Source: a virus
Virus record (IMG/VR): IMGVR_UViG_3300023179_006727
Location: 37,735 to 101,734 of that record
Strand: one strand, 5' to 3'
Length of the DNA stretch: 64,000 bases
Position numbers and translations under genes: made by a program. Every line of letters starts with the position of its first letter. Positions within the stretch are counted from its first letter, which is position 1. The notes under the pieces are model-generated. The model ran no database searches, had not been told where the DNA came from, and was given only the letters and a program-made list of their open reading frames with translations. Shown in pieces: positions 11,365-21,932 of this stretch.

Positions 11365-14061
11365 TTACGGAAATGTTGGTGGTTCTCTTGTTGAATCAGG
11401 TGGCGGAACTCTTGCCAATAATCTTGAATTTTCATTTTGTATTACAGCATCATCATTAAATGCTTGATTATTTAAATTAGGGGTAGATTGAACAGCAAAA
11501 TCATAAGGAGGTTGCCAAGTAGGAGTTGGAGCAGGTTTTAGATCACCTGTTTTATTATTGTTATTAACAGCATTTGCTTGTGAAGTTTCCCTAGGATTAG
11601 TGTTATTTGGGGTTGCTTTGGAGTTAGATTTAAAAAAGGCTCCTGGGTCGATTAGAACACCGTTTAAATCCTGAGTAAATTTTCCACGAGAAAAATTACT
11701 AGTAACATGGCGTAGCATATAAACTAAAGAATCACTATCTACTGCTTCATCACTAAATTGTTTTGAATTATAAAAACCTATACTAGCATTTAATCCCATC
11801 AATCCATTTTCTTCTGAGTATTGCACCGAACTATTTCTTGGATTTAATATTGCGTTATAATCTACTGCTTCTTTAAATGATATTTCTACAAAGACTTGAC
11901 CTCCATTTGGATTTATAGTATAACCATCATAGCTATATACACTAAATTTTTTATAAAAATTTTCATTTAATGTATCAGTTCCAACAGATTGAGTAAGATA
12001 ATCAGGATCTCCTAAAATAGTTGCTTTAAATTCAACTTGATCTTTTGGACTTGTTAACGCAGTAGCTATTTGAGCAGTTTGGCTTCCTGTAATCCCACCT
12101 CCACTGCTATCAATAGGAGCATCAGGACCGCCCAACGCTGAAATAGGTGCACTACCTAAATTATTACTATTAGTCTTATCTTGCCCTGTTGTTTGTGCTA
12201 GTAACAAATAAAATAATCCACTATAATTTTGCTCATAACTGATTATTTCACTATTTTTTCCTGTTAACCAATACTCATATTTTTTGTGTGCACCCGTATA
12301 TTGTGCCCTAGCACCTACATAAGGACTACGTACATAAGGAATTTTAAATTCGTGAATTTGATAAGTTATGTCATATGCCCAATCTTTACGTTTAGCGTCC
12401 CAAGCACGAGGTTTTACATATGGATTAACATGATACCAATTTAAATTTTTAGTTGAAGCTTGATTTTCAGTCTCACCTTCATCTTCAGATGGAGTATTAA
12501 CTTGATTGATTGCGTTTATGACATAATCACTTTGTCTAATAATTTGATCAATAGCACTTAGTATTGGAGTTGGTGATATCGGAACATTGGTTGCAGTTGA
12601 TATTCCTATAGTGTTTTGAGATTCTTGTACATTACTTTCATAACTAACATCTACATCTGAAGTCACTGTATTTGTTTTATCTAGTATAGATATTTTTAAT
12701 TTTGAATTTAAAATATCACTACCGTTTTCAAATTTGATAAAATAACGATCTACCTCATCAATGACATTAGAACCCTTTAAAGACTCTTGTATACTGTTTA
12801 ATTGTGTAACTAAACCATTTGTTCCTGTTAATATCTGATTTACAGTGCTGCCTTTACATGATATAGTAGTAGGAACAATGCCACGTTTTGATCCATAAGC
12901 TACACTAATTGACATTGGAGCAGCTTTAATATTGTAAACAGTTGCTTTACCATCTAATTTAAATTTAAATTCAGTGATTTTTATAACATAAAATCTTTCA
13001 AAAATTGCATCAGGTGTAGTGCCCATTGTTTCATTAGGGCTAAACTTTTTAGAATCAACTAATGCTCCATTTTCATCATAACCATAAAATCTTACAGCTA
13101 AAACAAAATGTTGATCTAATGGATTTGGTGTTTTGTTTGGATTTCTATTATTTAAAATTTGACTGTTTTGGTACAAATTTTGTACAGCTTGTACTAATTT
13201 AGTGGGTAATGAAAAACTATTAGGTTCTATAATTTTAAATTCAAAATTCATCCCACTCGCAGGTCCTCCTGGGATCATTAAAATTGTCTTAAAACTTAAG
13301 TCATCGATATAGTAGTCGTAGATCATGCCTGGGGCACGAAGGGCAGGATTACCAACCCCTGCACTTTGAGCAATAATATACGCTTGTGGTTTTGATCCTG
13401 AACTAGTTGGAAGCATTGTATTAATATTTCTAAATTGTGATTCTTGTAGATTTGTTATTGCATCAGGATTTGCCATATACCATGTTATATTATAAGTATA
13501 ACTAGATAACATACTTAGTGGATTAAATTGCCGACGACCAGGTATCGTACTATCATCACCTGCAGGTGCACGAATTGTTACAGTTTGGTTAGCAGATCCT
13601 GTATTTGTAGTATTTTGTGTAACACCATCACCACTTGGATTATTAACACCTGTAGCGACACCTTGTTGACTAGGTTTGTTTTCTTTATTATCATCATCTG
13701 ATGCGGTTGATGATGGTTCATCTTGATCTACAGTATCACCTGTTTCACCTTCTGTAACTGTTGAAGATTCAGGTGGCGTTGGTTCCGTAACAGGTTTTGG
13801 TTCAGTTGCAGGTGGAGCAGGATCTTCTTTGGGTTTAGGTTGTAAGGCAGCTAATATTTCACTAATATTATTATTAGCAATATTTGTTAATGCCTCTTCT
13901 GAACCTTCGGCTGATGGGGATCCTTTAAATCCACTTATAAATGTCGCAGTTGAAAAATTACTAATAGATCCAAGATCTATAGATCGTTTTGTACCTGTTA
14001 ATATAACTCTTCCTGAAGCAGAAAGTGAAAAATTAAAACCATTTATTGTAATTGAACTCAT
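11365..14061 (-). CDS. Baseplate hub protein (gp27 / late control D-like)
   Basis: C-terminal ATILGDPDYL...YMLRHVTSNFSRGKFTQDL pattern. Position between gp53-like and gp5-like genes. Confidence 0.65.
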   Translation of the reverse strand: MSSITINGFNFSLSASGRVILTGTKRSIDLGSISNFSTATFISGFKGSPSAEGSEEALTNIANNNISEILAALQPKPKEDPAPPATEPKPVTEPTPPESSTVTEGETGDTVDQDEPSSTASDDDNKENKPSQQGVATGVNNPSGDGVTQNTTNTGSANQTVTIRAPAGDDSTIPGRRQFNPLSMLSSYTYNITWYMANPDAITNLQESQFRNINTMLPTSSGSKPQAYIIAQSAGVGNPALRAPGMIYDYYIDDLSFKTILMIPGGPASGMNFEFKIIEPNSFSLPTKLVQAVQNLYQNSQILNNRNPNKTPNPLDQHFVLAVRFYGYDENGALVDSKKFSPNETMGTTPDAIFERFYVIKITEFKFKLDGKATVYNIKAAPMSISVAYGSKRGIVPTTISCKGSTVNQILTGTNGLVTQLNSIQESLKGSNVIDEVDRYFIKFENGSDILNSKLKISILDKTNTVTSDVDVSYESNVQESQNTIGISTATNVPISPTPILSAIDQIIRQSDYVINAINQVNTPSEDEGETENQASTKNLNWYHVNPYVKPRAWDAKRKDWAYDITYQIHEFKIPYVRSPYVGARAQYTGAHKKYEYWLTGKNSEIISYEQNYSGLFYLLLAQTTGQDKTNSNNLGSAPISALGGPDAPIDSSGGGITGSQTAQIATALTSPKDQVEFKATILGDPDYLTQSVGTDTLNENFYKKFSVYSYDGYTINPNGGQVFVEISFKEAVDYNAILNPRNSSVQYSEENGLMGLNASIGFYNSKQFSDEAVDSDSLVYMLRHVTSNFSRGKFTQDLNGVLIDPGAFFKSNSKATPNNTNPRETSQANAVNNNNKTGDLKPAPTPTWQPPYDFAVQSTPNLNNQAFNDDAVIQNENSRLLARVPPPDSTREPPTFP

Positions 14062-14360
14062 TATAATCCTAATACCGCTTTTAATGTTTCCGCTGTTGGT
14101 AAGTAAATATAAATTCCTTGCACAAAATCAAATAATGGATTAATTAATTTATTTGGATTACGTTGTGCGAATACCCACCATAATTTTGGATCATCATATA
14201 AATCATAAGCTAATAAATCAGGTCGCAAATGATAGGTAGGACCTATTTGCCAATATAAATCAGATGGATTTTTTGGTATTGCTCTATTAGTCATAACATC
14301 TAAGTAATTGTTGTTAACAATATTTGTAATATAATACGGACTTGTTGATGGATATTTCAT
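14061..14360 (-). CDS. Baseplate wedge protein, gp53/LysM-like
   Basis: YHLRPDLLAYDLYDDPKLWWVFAQRNP...F..G..IYLP is a typical gp53-like motif. Confidence 0.82.
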   Translation of the reverse strand: MKYPSTSPYYITNIVNNNYLDVMTNRAIPKNPSDLYWQIGPTYHLRPDLLAYDLYDDPKLWWVFAQRNPNKLINPLFDFVQGIYIYLPTAETLKAVLGL

Positions 14361-16688
14361 TTACCAAACTCCTCCACCATAACCTGCATTTTTACTTCCA
14401 TTTAATAATTTACCTGTTGCATAATCTTTCAAACTAAATTTATTACTGACCATTCTTCTTGTTACAATAGGATGAAAAGTTAAACTCATACTCATTTTAG
14501 TTGGAATTCTTGTTGTTTCACCTGTCACCACATTTTTAAAAATTGGTGGCGTATTAAGTCCACCTTTTGCTAAACGATTAGCTTGTAATCGATTTACCTG
14601 CGAAAGAATTGGATTACTTGAAGATGCAGGTGCATTTACTTGTTGATTACCTTGTACAATAGTTTGTGTTATATCACCTGCCATAATATAATCAACATCA
14701 GCAGGTAATGTATATTGAAATTGTGCCAATACCATAGGATGATTATCAAATTGATATTCACCAAAACCACTTAAATACAATAACGGTGGAGGAATTCCTG
14801 CCTTTGGTGATTGATCTTGTCCATAAAACATTTTTGATGCACTGCGGAAAAAATGTATTACTGCTCGCAAATATGCTGCTTCTGCTATATTTTGTGCAGT
14901 AAAATCTGCATTAATACTTATATCACTTACTGAGCTACCACGATAACTAAAGATTTTGTAATTACTATGAGTAGGTTCAGTGGCATCATAATTAGCTGAA
15001 TATGATAAACTTACTTGAGGCGTATAAGGAAATATTACCCCATTTGTAGATTTTAAAGGCCAAAGTATGTCTGTTTGTTCTGCAATATTATAAAAATATG
15101 GCGCACTTGGAGCAAGACTTATACGAACACGCCAATCAATTGCTTTTTCAAATTTTACTGATGCTGATTGATTACTGTTTTTACTATCACCTACAAATTG
15201 ATCCGTATTAGGGGATGCGGTTACTGCTATAGATGCGCCTGCGGCGGTTGGCAGAAAACCCTCTGCTTCACGTAAAGCGTTAGCTTCATCATCACGTCTT
15301 TGTGCATCAGCCATTGCATTTGATATATCATCTGCCCCGCTTATATCAGGTGGTTCTGTAATAAAGAAACTTGGCTCACTAAGACTATAGTCAAAAACAT
15401 CATCCAAGATTTCTGAATAATATACATCCTCCTTTTGATCTATGGTTGGTGCTGAAGAATAACGTACCAATGCTTCTTCGTTATATGCATTTTCCAACTG
15501 AGTGATTGTACTTGTAGGAAATCCACTCGAAAGAATTTCTAAATTAGTTATACCATTATCTTTGATCCATTGAGCTTTTTGAGCAAGAGTATATGTACCC
15601 CAATCACTAGGAACATGTGTAAAAGATCCTCCTTTACGTTCAAAATAAAAACCTACTGAAGTATTAATATCATATATACGACTTCCACCATTATTAATAA
15701 AACGTTGTTCTTCGGGCGGAAGAGTATATTCAGTAAAATTTACATTAAATGTTTTAGATGTTGTGTTTCCATTTGCATCTGTTATAATTATAGTAGTAGG
15801 AAGGGCAGCATTGGGAACGGCTAGACTAGTACTACCTACTTTTCCATAAAAAGTAGCGTTGTTGCTGCCTGGATTATAGGTGAGATTAAGGTTAACCAAA
15901 CCCTCAAATCCGCCAGGTGACCTGTCATTTCTATCAAAAGTAAAATTATAAGGAGGTTGCCCACCTATACTTGATACATCAATCGAAAAGTCCTGCCCCC
16001 AAACTGCGTTTAAAGTTTGAGAAGTTGTAAATGCCAAAGGAGTATTACTCGTAGCGGTACTGCTGCTATTTTGATTTTGTATAGCAGCAATCGTTGCAGT
16101 AGTTGAAACATTGTTGCTTGCTTGATTCGAATTATTGTCATTGATTGTTGTATTATTGCTTATTGGGGGCTGAGTCGGAGGAGGTGGAGAAGGTGGTGGT
16201 TCATCAACAATTTTTATTTCCTTATTTTGTACCTGATTTTTCCAAAATGCATATTTGTCCCAATAATTAGGATCTACGCCACCGCCGCCTGGGGCAATTG
16301 TCTTGTTAACTGTATCAACATAATATTTTCCATCATCATTATCTGCCTGTGCTAAAAATGTTACTACTTCTGTTGGAGTATATCCCAATGCTCTTGATAG
16401 GTCTTCAACATTAGCTCCATATAATGATCCATATGGATGTCGTACTTCGAAAAGAATGTCACTTGCAACATATCCTGGCTTATCGGGATGCGCCTTTAAG
16501 CTTTCAGTTACAATTTTTTTAATTCTTTCATCAGTTAAACCACCAAATTCCCCCCCCGCCCCATCAAAATCAGTTCTAGATAATATATTTCTTGATATAT
16601 CAACAAATAAATTATTAAATTCCTTCTGAGTAATAGTTTTAATTTCATTAGTAGTTGAAACATTATTGCTTGCTTGTTCATCTGCCAT
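14361..16688 (-). CDS. Tail-tube initiator / baseplate tube cap (gp48/54-like) C-terminal domain, with N-terminal accessory domains including an Ig-like module
   Basis: C-terminal DWRVRISL...GVIFPYTPQV...HSNY...FTAQN..EA.YL.AVIHFFRS..KM.YG...PPP...LSGFG. Ig-like GQDFSIDVSSIGGQPPYNF...ITDANGNTTSKTF. Start moved to 16688 (MADEQ) because a late promoter motif lies at 16708-16715. Confidence 0.65.
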   Translation of the reverse strand: MADEQASNNVSTTNEIKTITQKEFNNLFVDISRNILSRTDFDGAGGEFGGLTDERIKKIVTESLKAHPDKPGYVASDILFEVRHPYGSLYGANVEDLSRALGYTPTEVVTFLAQADNDDGKYYVDTVNKTIAPGGGGVDPNYWDKYAFWKNQVQNKEIKIVDEPPPSPPPPTQPPISNNTTINDNNSNQASNNVSTTATIAAIQNQNSSSTATSNTPLAFTTSQTLNAVWGQDFSIDVSSIGGQPPYNFTFDRNDRSPGGFEGLVNLNLTYNPGSNNATFYGKVGSTSLAVPNAALPTTIIITDANGNTTSKTFNVNFTEYTLPPEEQRFINNGGSRIYDINTSVGFYFERKGGSFTHVPSDWGTYTLAQKAQWIKDNGITNLEILSSGFPTSTITQLENAYNEEALVRYSSAPTIDQKEDVYYSEILDDVFDYSLSEPSFFITEPPDISGADDISNAMADAQRRDDEANALREAEGFLPTAAGASIAVTASPNTDQFVGDSKNSNQSASVKFEKAIDWRVRISLAPSAPYFYNIAEQTDILWPLKSTNGVIFPYTPQVSLSYSANYDATEPTHSNYKIFSYRGSSVSDISINADFTAQNIAEAAYLRAVIHFFRSASKMFYGQDQSPKAGIPPPLLYLSGFGEYQFDNHPMVLAQFQYTLPADVDYIMAGDITQTIVQGNQQVNAPASSSNPILSQVNRLQANRLAKGGLNTPPIFKNVVTGETTRIPTKMSMSLTFHPIVTRRMVSNKFSLKDYATGKLLNGSKNAGYGGGVW

Positions 16689-16757
16689 AGTAATACCCTT
16701 ATTTTTATATTTATGACTAAATAAAAGTGCCATTTTTACCTAATAAATCCTAATATA

Positions 16758-16786
16758 TTGATTTTTTTGTTAATATTATGTAACAT
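16758..16786 (+). promoter_or_regulatory. Sigma70-type promoter upstream of the late sigma factor
   Basis: TTGATT-17 bp-TAACAT, followed by a GGAG RBS before ATG 16813. Confidence 0.45.
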
Positions 16787-16812
16787 TATAGGTATTATAA
16801 CTACGGAGCATT

Positions 16813-18696
16813 ATGACAGTCATTAAAAGACCCCTAAATTACCTTAATAATAAGGATATTCTCAAAGAGATTCACTTAAGTAAAAATACTTATTGCAGTT
16901 TTATAGAACCACAAGATCACCAATATGATTATATAATTGATTATGAAGAAGGTGTTTCACTAGAAGATAGTCTAAAAATTGCACTTAGACCTGATATTAT
17001 ACAAAAAGCAAAAGAAAATCGTGCTTATCGTTTAAGTATTGAAAATGGAACAAAAATAGATCCTACTACAATAGAACATAATGATCTAGTTTTTAGAATT
17101 ATGACGTGGGATCATATACCATTAGCCCCTAAACAACCTAGAAAAATTGACAAGAAAAAATCTGCAAAAGAATTGTTTGAATTTGAAATTGAAGAAGATC
17201 AAATATATGATGACTTAGATGATCCAAAATTAAACAAAGAAATGGGCATGTCAGATATGATCCATGTTCGTGTCAATTTCCCACCATTTCAACATTTTAA
17301 GTACGCAGTAGTAGGGGGACAAATGTATTGTGTAGGTAAATCTCATTGGAAAGGTGACATCTATACAGGCCATTTTGATAAAGATAAAGGTCAACTTACT
17401 AACAAACTAGCCAAAATGTACCTCATGCTATGTGAAAAATATGCTATGAGGTTCAATTGGCGTGGTTACTGCGTAGATAAAACTACTGAAGCATTAACAC
17501 AACGTGGTTGGTTATCCTATGATCAAATCAATGAAGATGACAAAATTTTATCATATAATGAAAATAAATTAGTATGGTCATCAATTACATCAATATATAG
17601 GGGTCAATATAATGGATTAATGCATTATATGACTGCAACGGGTTTAGATTCACTCATGACACCTGAGCACAAACTTGTTACTAAAAATGGTCTTAAAAAA
17701 GTTGAACATGTTTTAGAACATGATAAAGTCGTTCTTATGGGTCAACCATTGGAGGATTGTACTATTCCAACAATTAATAATAGTTTAGTAGAAATTATTG
17801 GTTGGGTTGTTACTGAAGGTTCTTATGACTATTATCCAAATAAAACAATTAAACATATCAGTATCTATCAAAATAATGGGAAAAAAGCTAATCGAATACG
17901 TAAGTTACTAGAAAGTTTGGATATTAATTTTAGTGAAAGAATGAGAAAAAATAATATTTGTTTTAGAATTAATACAGAATCTTCCAAAAAAATAGCTGAA
18001 ATTGCACCACAAAAAAACCTTACCATGGAATTTTTGTTAAAACTTACCTATGAGCAAAGACTAACCTTATTACATACTATGATAGATGGTGATGGTTGGC
18101 GCACAGGAACTAAAAAACAAAATTTACGATATGTACAAAAGAACAAAGCTCACATCGATATGTTTCAAACACTATGCACCATGGTTGGATTAAGGTCGAA
18201 TTATCACCTACGAAACCATGTTTCATACGGTAAACCCACTAGTTCATATACTGTAAACATATTTTCAAATAGGAAAAATACAACAAGATTTGAAAATATT
18301 AGCTTGAATGGTGGTAAACAAAGCGGCAAAAACTATATTGGTAAAGGCAAAACTGCTCATCCTAATACACCTACAGTACCATATAATGACATTGTATGGT
18401 GTCCTGAAACAGAATATGGATGCTTTATTGCTAGAAGGAATGGCACAATTTTCTTAACAGGTAATACTTATAATGACGAAATGCGTGGTGCGGCTATTTT
18501 ACAATTAACTTATGTTGGGTTACGATTTAATGAGGCTAAATCAAGCAATCCTTTTGCTTATTATACAGCAGCAATTACTAATTCATTCTGTCGTGTATTG
18601 AATACAGAAAAGAAAAATCAAGGCATTCGTGATGATATTTTAGAGACTAACGGTCTAAACCCAAGTTGGTCAAGACAATTTGCGGAAGAATCCTAA
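16813..18696 (+). CDS. gp55: Late-transcription sigma factor (T4 gp55-like) precursor containing an intein
   Basis: Exteins carry NYLNNKDIL, RFNWRGY/TYNDEM and FNEAKSSNPFAYYT....NSF.RVL..EKKNQ. Order gp55-gp47-gp46 as in T4-like phages. Confidence 0.88.
   Translation: MTVIKRPLNYLNNKDILKEIHLSKNTYCSFIEPQDHQYDYIIDYEEGVSLEDSLKIALRPDIIQKAKENRAYRLSIENGTKIDPTTIEHNDLVFRIMTWDHIPLAPKQPRKIDKKKSAKELFEFEIEEDQIYDDLDDPKLNKEMGMSDMIHVRVNFPPFQHFKYAVVGGQMYCVGKSHWKGDIYTGHFDKDKGQLTNKLAKMYLMLCEKYAMRFNWRGYCVDKTTEALTQRGWLSYDQINEDDKILSYNENKLVWSSITSIYRGQYNGLMHYMTATGLDSLMTPEHKLVTKNGLKKVEHVLEHDKVVLMGQPLEDCTIPTINNSLVEIIGWVVTEGSYDYYPNKTIKHISIYQNNGKKANRIRKLLESLDINFSERMRKNNICFRINTESSKKIAEIAPQKNLTMEFLLKLTYEQRLTLLHTMIDGDGWRTGTKKQNLRYVQKNKAHIDMFQTLCTMVGLRSNYHLRNHVSYGKPTSSYTVNIFSNRKNTTRFENISLNGGKQSGKNYIGKGKTAHPNTPTVPYNDIVWCPETEYGCFIARRNGTIFLTGNTYNDEMRGAAILQLTYVGLRFNEAKSSNPFAYYTAAITNSFCRVLNTEKKNQGIRDDILETNGLNPSWSRQFAEES
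17470..18465 (+). mobile_element. Intein (332 aa) with LAGLIDADG homing endonuclease
   Basis: Block A CVDKTTEALTQRGW; block B TPEH; LAGLIDADG helices IIGWVVTEG and LLHTMIDGDG; C-terminus VWCPET...FLTGN followed by Thr. Removal restores RGY|TYNDEM. Confidence 0.93.
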
Positions 18697-18736
18697 TAAT
18701 TTGACTTTAGTATTTACGCTGTTATACATTCTATGA

Positions 18737-19753
18737 ATGAGTAAATTATTTAAAAAGGCAGCAGTTTTCACTGATATACATTTTGGAATGCGTAATAACA
18801 GCATCCAACACAATGAGGACTGCATACAATTCGTTGATTGGTTTATAAAAACTGCCAAGAAAGAAGGGTGTGAAACCTGTTTCTTTCTTGGAGATTGGCA
18901 TCATAATCGTGCCACAGTCAACGTTCTTACCCTAAATTACAGCTTAAATGCATTGGAAAAATTAAATGAATCGTTTGACTGCGTTTATTTTATTGTTGGT
19001 AATCATGACCTTTATTATCGAGATCGTCGTGACGTACAGAGTGTTGAATGGGCTAAGCACCTTAAAAGAATTCGTATTTGTAACGATTGGGTTATTGATG
19101 GCGATTGTGTCATTGCTCCCTGGCTTATTGGGGAAGATTATAAAAAAATACAAACCCTAAACGCAAAATACCTGTTTGGTCACTTTGAACTACCATCATT
19201 TTATATGAATGCTATGGTTGAAATGCCCGATCACGGTGAAATCAACCGTAATCACGTATTACAATTTGGGCATGTTTTCACAGGACATTTTCATAAAAGA
19301 CAAACAAAAGGAAACGTAACATATATTGGTAACGCATTTCCGCATAACTATAGTGATGTAAATGATGATGATCGTGGTATGATGATACTAGAATGGGGTA
19401 AAGAACCACAATTTCGTTCTTGGGATAATCAACCTAAATTTCGTTCGTATACTTTATCAGAAATTTTGGATAACCCTGATAAATTACTGTTACCTAATAC
19501 AAGCGTAAAAATACAAATTGATCGTGAAATCAATTACGAAGAATCAAGTTCAATCAAGGAAACTATTATGAAAGAATATAATTTAAGAGAAATGACCTTA
19601 ATTCCACAACGTGTTGACATTGAAACTGATACCACAGATCAAGTAAACTTACAATTTGAGAGTGTTGATACTATTGTATTGTCACAAATTGAACAACTTG
19701 AAGCAGGTGCTTATGATAAGCAACTGCTACTTAACATTTACAGAAATTTATGA
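18737..19753 (+). CDS. gp47: Recombination nuclease, Mre11/SbcD-like
   Basis: Metallophosphoesterase motifs DIHFG, GDWHH, GNHD, GH, GHFH. Confidence 0.93.
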   Translation: MSKLFKKAAVFTDIHFGMRNNSIQHNEDCIQFVDWFIKTAKKEGCETCFFLGDWHHNRATVNVLTLNYSLNALEKLNESFDCVYFIVGNHDLYYRDRRDVQSVEWAKHLKRIRICNDWVIDGDCVIAPWLIGEDYKKIQTLNAKYLFGHFELPSFYMNAMVEMPDHGEINRNHVLQFGHVFTGHFHKRQTKGNVTYIGNAFPHNYSDVNDDDRGMMILEWGKEPQFRSWDNQPKFRSYTLSEILDNPDKLLLPNTSVKIQIDREINYEESSSIKETIMKEYNLREMTLIPQRVDIETDTTDQVNLQFESVDTIVLSQIEQLEAGAYDKQLLLNIYRNL

Positions 19754-21915
19754 TCGTTATAAAAGAATTAACCATTAAAAACTTCCTATCAGTAGGCAAT
19801 GTTACACAAAAAATTAACTTCAATCGCAACGATTTAACTCTTATTCTTGGTGAAAATCGTGATTTAGGTGGAGATGGTGCACGTAATGGCACAGGAAAAT
19901 CCACTATTGTACAAGCACTTAGCTATGCTCTATACGGTTCAGTTCTTAATAATATCAAAAAAGATAATCTAATTAACCTTACTAATGGTAAAGGTATGCT
20001 CGTTACCGTTGATTTTGATATCAATGGCAAAGAATATCGTATTGAACGTGGGCGAAAACCTAATATATTGAAGTTCTATGTAGACAATTCCGAACAAGAA
20101 TTTGATGAAGATGATAGCGAAAGTCAAGGTGAAAGTAAAGAAACCCAAGCTAAAATCGAGTCTATGATAGGCATTTCTGCTGAAATGTTTAAGCATATTG
20201 TTGCATTAAACACCTATAATGAACCATTTTTAGCACTTAAAGCAGCAGATCAACGTGAAATTATTGAACAATTGCTTGGTATTACCTTGCTTAGTGAAAA
20301 AGCTGAAGGTATTAAAGAACTCAATCGTAACGTAAAAGAACAAATTCAAAAAGAGGAATTTAAGATACGTAGTGTGCAAGATGCCAATACAAAAATCCAA
20401 GAACAAATTGATAATCTTAAGCGTAGACAAACACTTTGGACTACAAAAAAGAATGAAGATATTACCAATTATACGAATCAATTAATTGAATTATACAAAA
20501 TTGATATTGATCAAGAAATTAGTGCGCATCGTTCTTTAGTGATTTATAATGAAAAACAAACAACATTAACCAATGCTAAAAATCATTATGATACTGAGCT
20601 GTCTAAACTTACTAACCGATACAATGAAACTGTTGTGTCAAATCGGAAAGAAAGTAGTGCTATCAGTACACAAATGAATAATTTACAGAATATTGACATT
20701 CATATCGAAATTTCAAACTTAAAAATTATTTCTGAAATTAGGGAAAAAACAATTAAACGTGATAATACAAAGAAATTATTTACAAACGCTAATGCTACTT
20801 GTATACGTTTAAAAAAAGCTATTGATGATATTAATGGAGAACTAGTTAAGTTATATGACCACAAATGTTATGCATGTGGTCAAGATTTTCATGATAATAG
20901 CCTTAAAATTGTTATAGAGGATAAAGAAACTAAGCTAGAAGAACTTAAGGTAGAATATGATACTGCACAAACACAATACGCAGAATATGAAACTATTCTT
21001 AAAGAAATTGGTGATATACCATTAACTCCTACTGTAGTGTATAAAACTTTGGAAGAAGCGATTAATCACAAGTCTACCATAGATTCGTTGGATGAAAAAT
21101 CAAAAAAGTTGTTAGAAACTATTGACCAAGCTAAAAAATTATATGAAAAGGATATTACAGCACTTGAACAACAATACAATATAGTTGTTAGTAAGATTGG
21201 TGATATCGGAACAAAACCAACTATTATCTATAAAAATTTAGAAGAAGCATTAAAACATCAAAGTACGGTTGAAAAGTTAGAGCAAGCCTTAGAAAAGCGT
21301 GTTGATGAGTTTGATCCTTATGCTGACCAAATCAATGATATGCAAAATAATAGTCTTGTTGAGGTTAATTTTGGCACGTTAAATGATTTAACTAAGGTAT
21401 TAAAGCATCAAGAATACTTGTTAGACTTGTTAACAAATAAGAAATCTTTTGTTCGTAAGAAGATTATTGAACAAAATTTAAGTTATTTGAATACTCGTTT
21501 AGGTAATTATTTGGATAAAATGGGTTTACCTCATCGTGTTAAGTTTCAAAATGATCTTAGTGTAGAAATTACAGAGCTAGGTCGTGATTTAAGTTATGGC
21601 AATTTTAGTCGTGGTGAAAGCACTCGTTTGATACTATCACTATCATTTGCTTTCCGTGATGTATGGGAAAACCTGTATCATAGTATCAATTTATTGTTTA
21701 TTGATGAAATGATTGACAATGGATTAGATACGGTCGGTGTAGAAAATGCCATTGGATTGTTTAAAGAATTAGGTAGACGTAGAGATAAATCGGTATGGTT
21801 AATCTCACATCGTGATGAATTGGTAAGTCGTGTTAATAACGTATTACATGTGATTAAAGAGGGTGGTTTTACTCGTTACTCTAATGTCAATGAAAAATTT
21901 GCGTTGCCGATATAA
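19750..21915 (+). CDS. gp46: Recombination ATPase, Rad50/SbcC-like
   Basis: KNFLS; Walker A NGTGKS; zinc hook CYAC; signature FSRGE; Walker B LLFIDE; ISH switch. ATGA overlap with gp47. Confidence 0.95.
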   Translation: MIVIKELTIKNFLSVGNVTQKINFNRNDLTLILGENRDLGGDGARNGTGKSTIVQALSYALYGSVLNNIKKDNLINLTNGKGMLVTVDFDINGKEYRIERGRKPNILKFYVDNSEQEFDEDDSESQGESKETQAKIESMIGISAEMFKHIVALNTYNEPFLALKAADQREIIEQLLGITLLSEKAEGIKELNRNVKEQIQKEEFKIRSVQDANTKIQEQIDNLKRRQTLWTTKKNEDITNYTNQLIELYKIDIDQEISAHRSLVIYNEKQTTLTNAKNHYDTELSKLTNRYNETVVSNRKESSAISTQMNNLQNIDIHIEISNLKIISEIREKTIKRDNTKKLFTNANATCIRLKKAIDDINGELVKLYDHKCYACGQDFHDNSLKIVIEDKETKLEELKVEYDTAQTQYAEYETILKEIGDIPLTPTVVYKTLEEAINHKSTIDSLDEKSKKLLETIDQAKKLYEKDITALEQQYNIVVSKIGDIGTKPTIIYKNLEEALKHQSTVEKLEQALEKRVDEFDPYADQINDMQNNSLVEVNFGTLNDLTKVLKHQEYLLDLLTNKKSFVRKKIIEQNLSYLNTRLGNYLDKMGLPHRVKFQNDLSVEITELGRDLSYGNFSRGESTRLILSLSFAFRDVWENLYHSINLLFIDEMIDNGLDTVGVENAIGLFKELGRRRDKSVWLISHRDELVSRVNNVLHVIKEGGFTRYSNVNEKFALPI

Positions 21916-21932
21916 AGATATAAGTAAAATAT

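Noticed and set aside
16689-16733. Upstream start for the tube-initiator gene
   Set aside because: The extension covers the late promoter motif; MADEQ at 16688 fits better.
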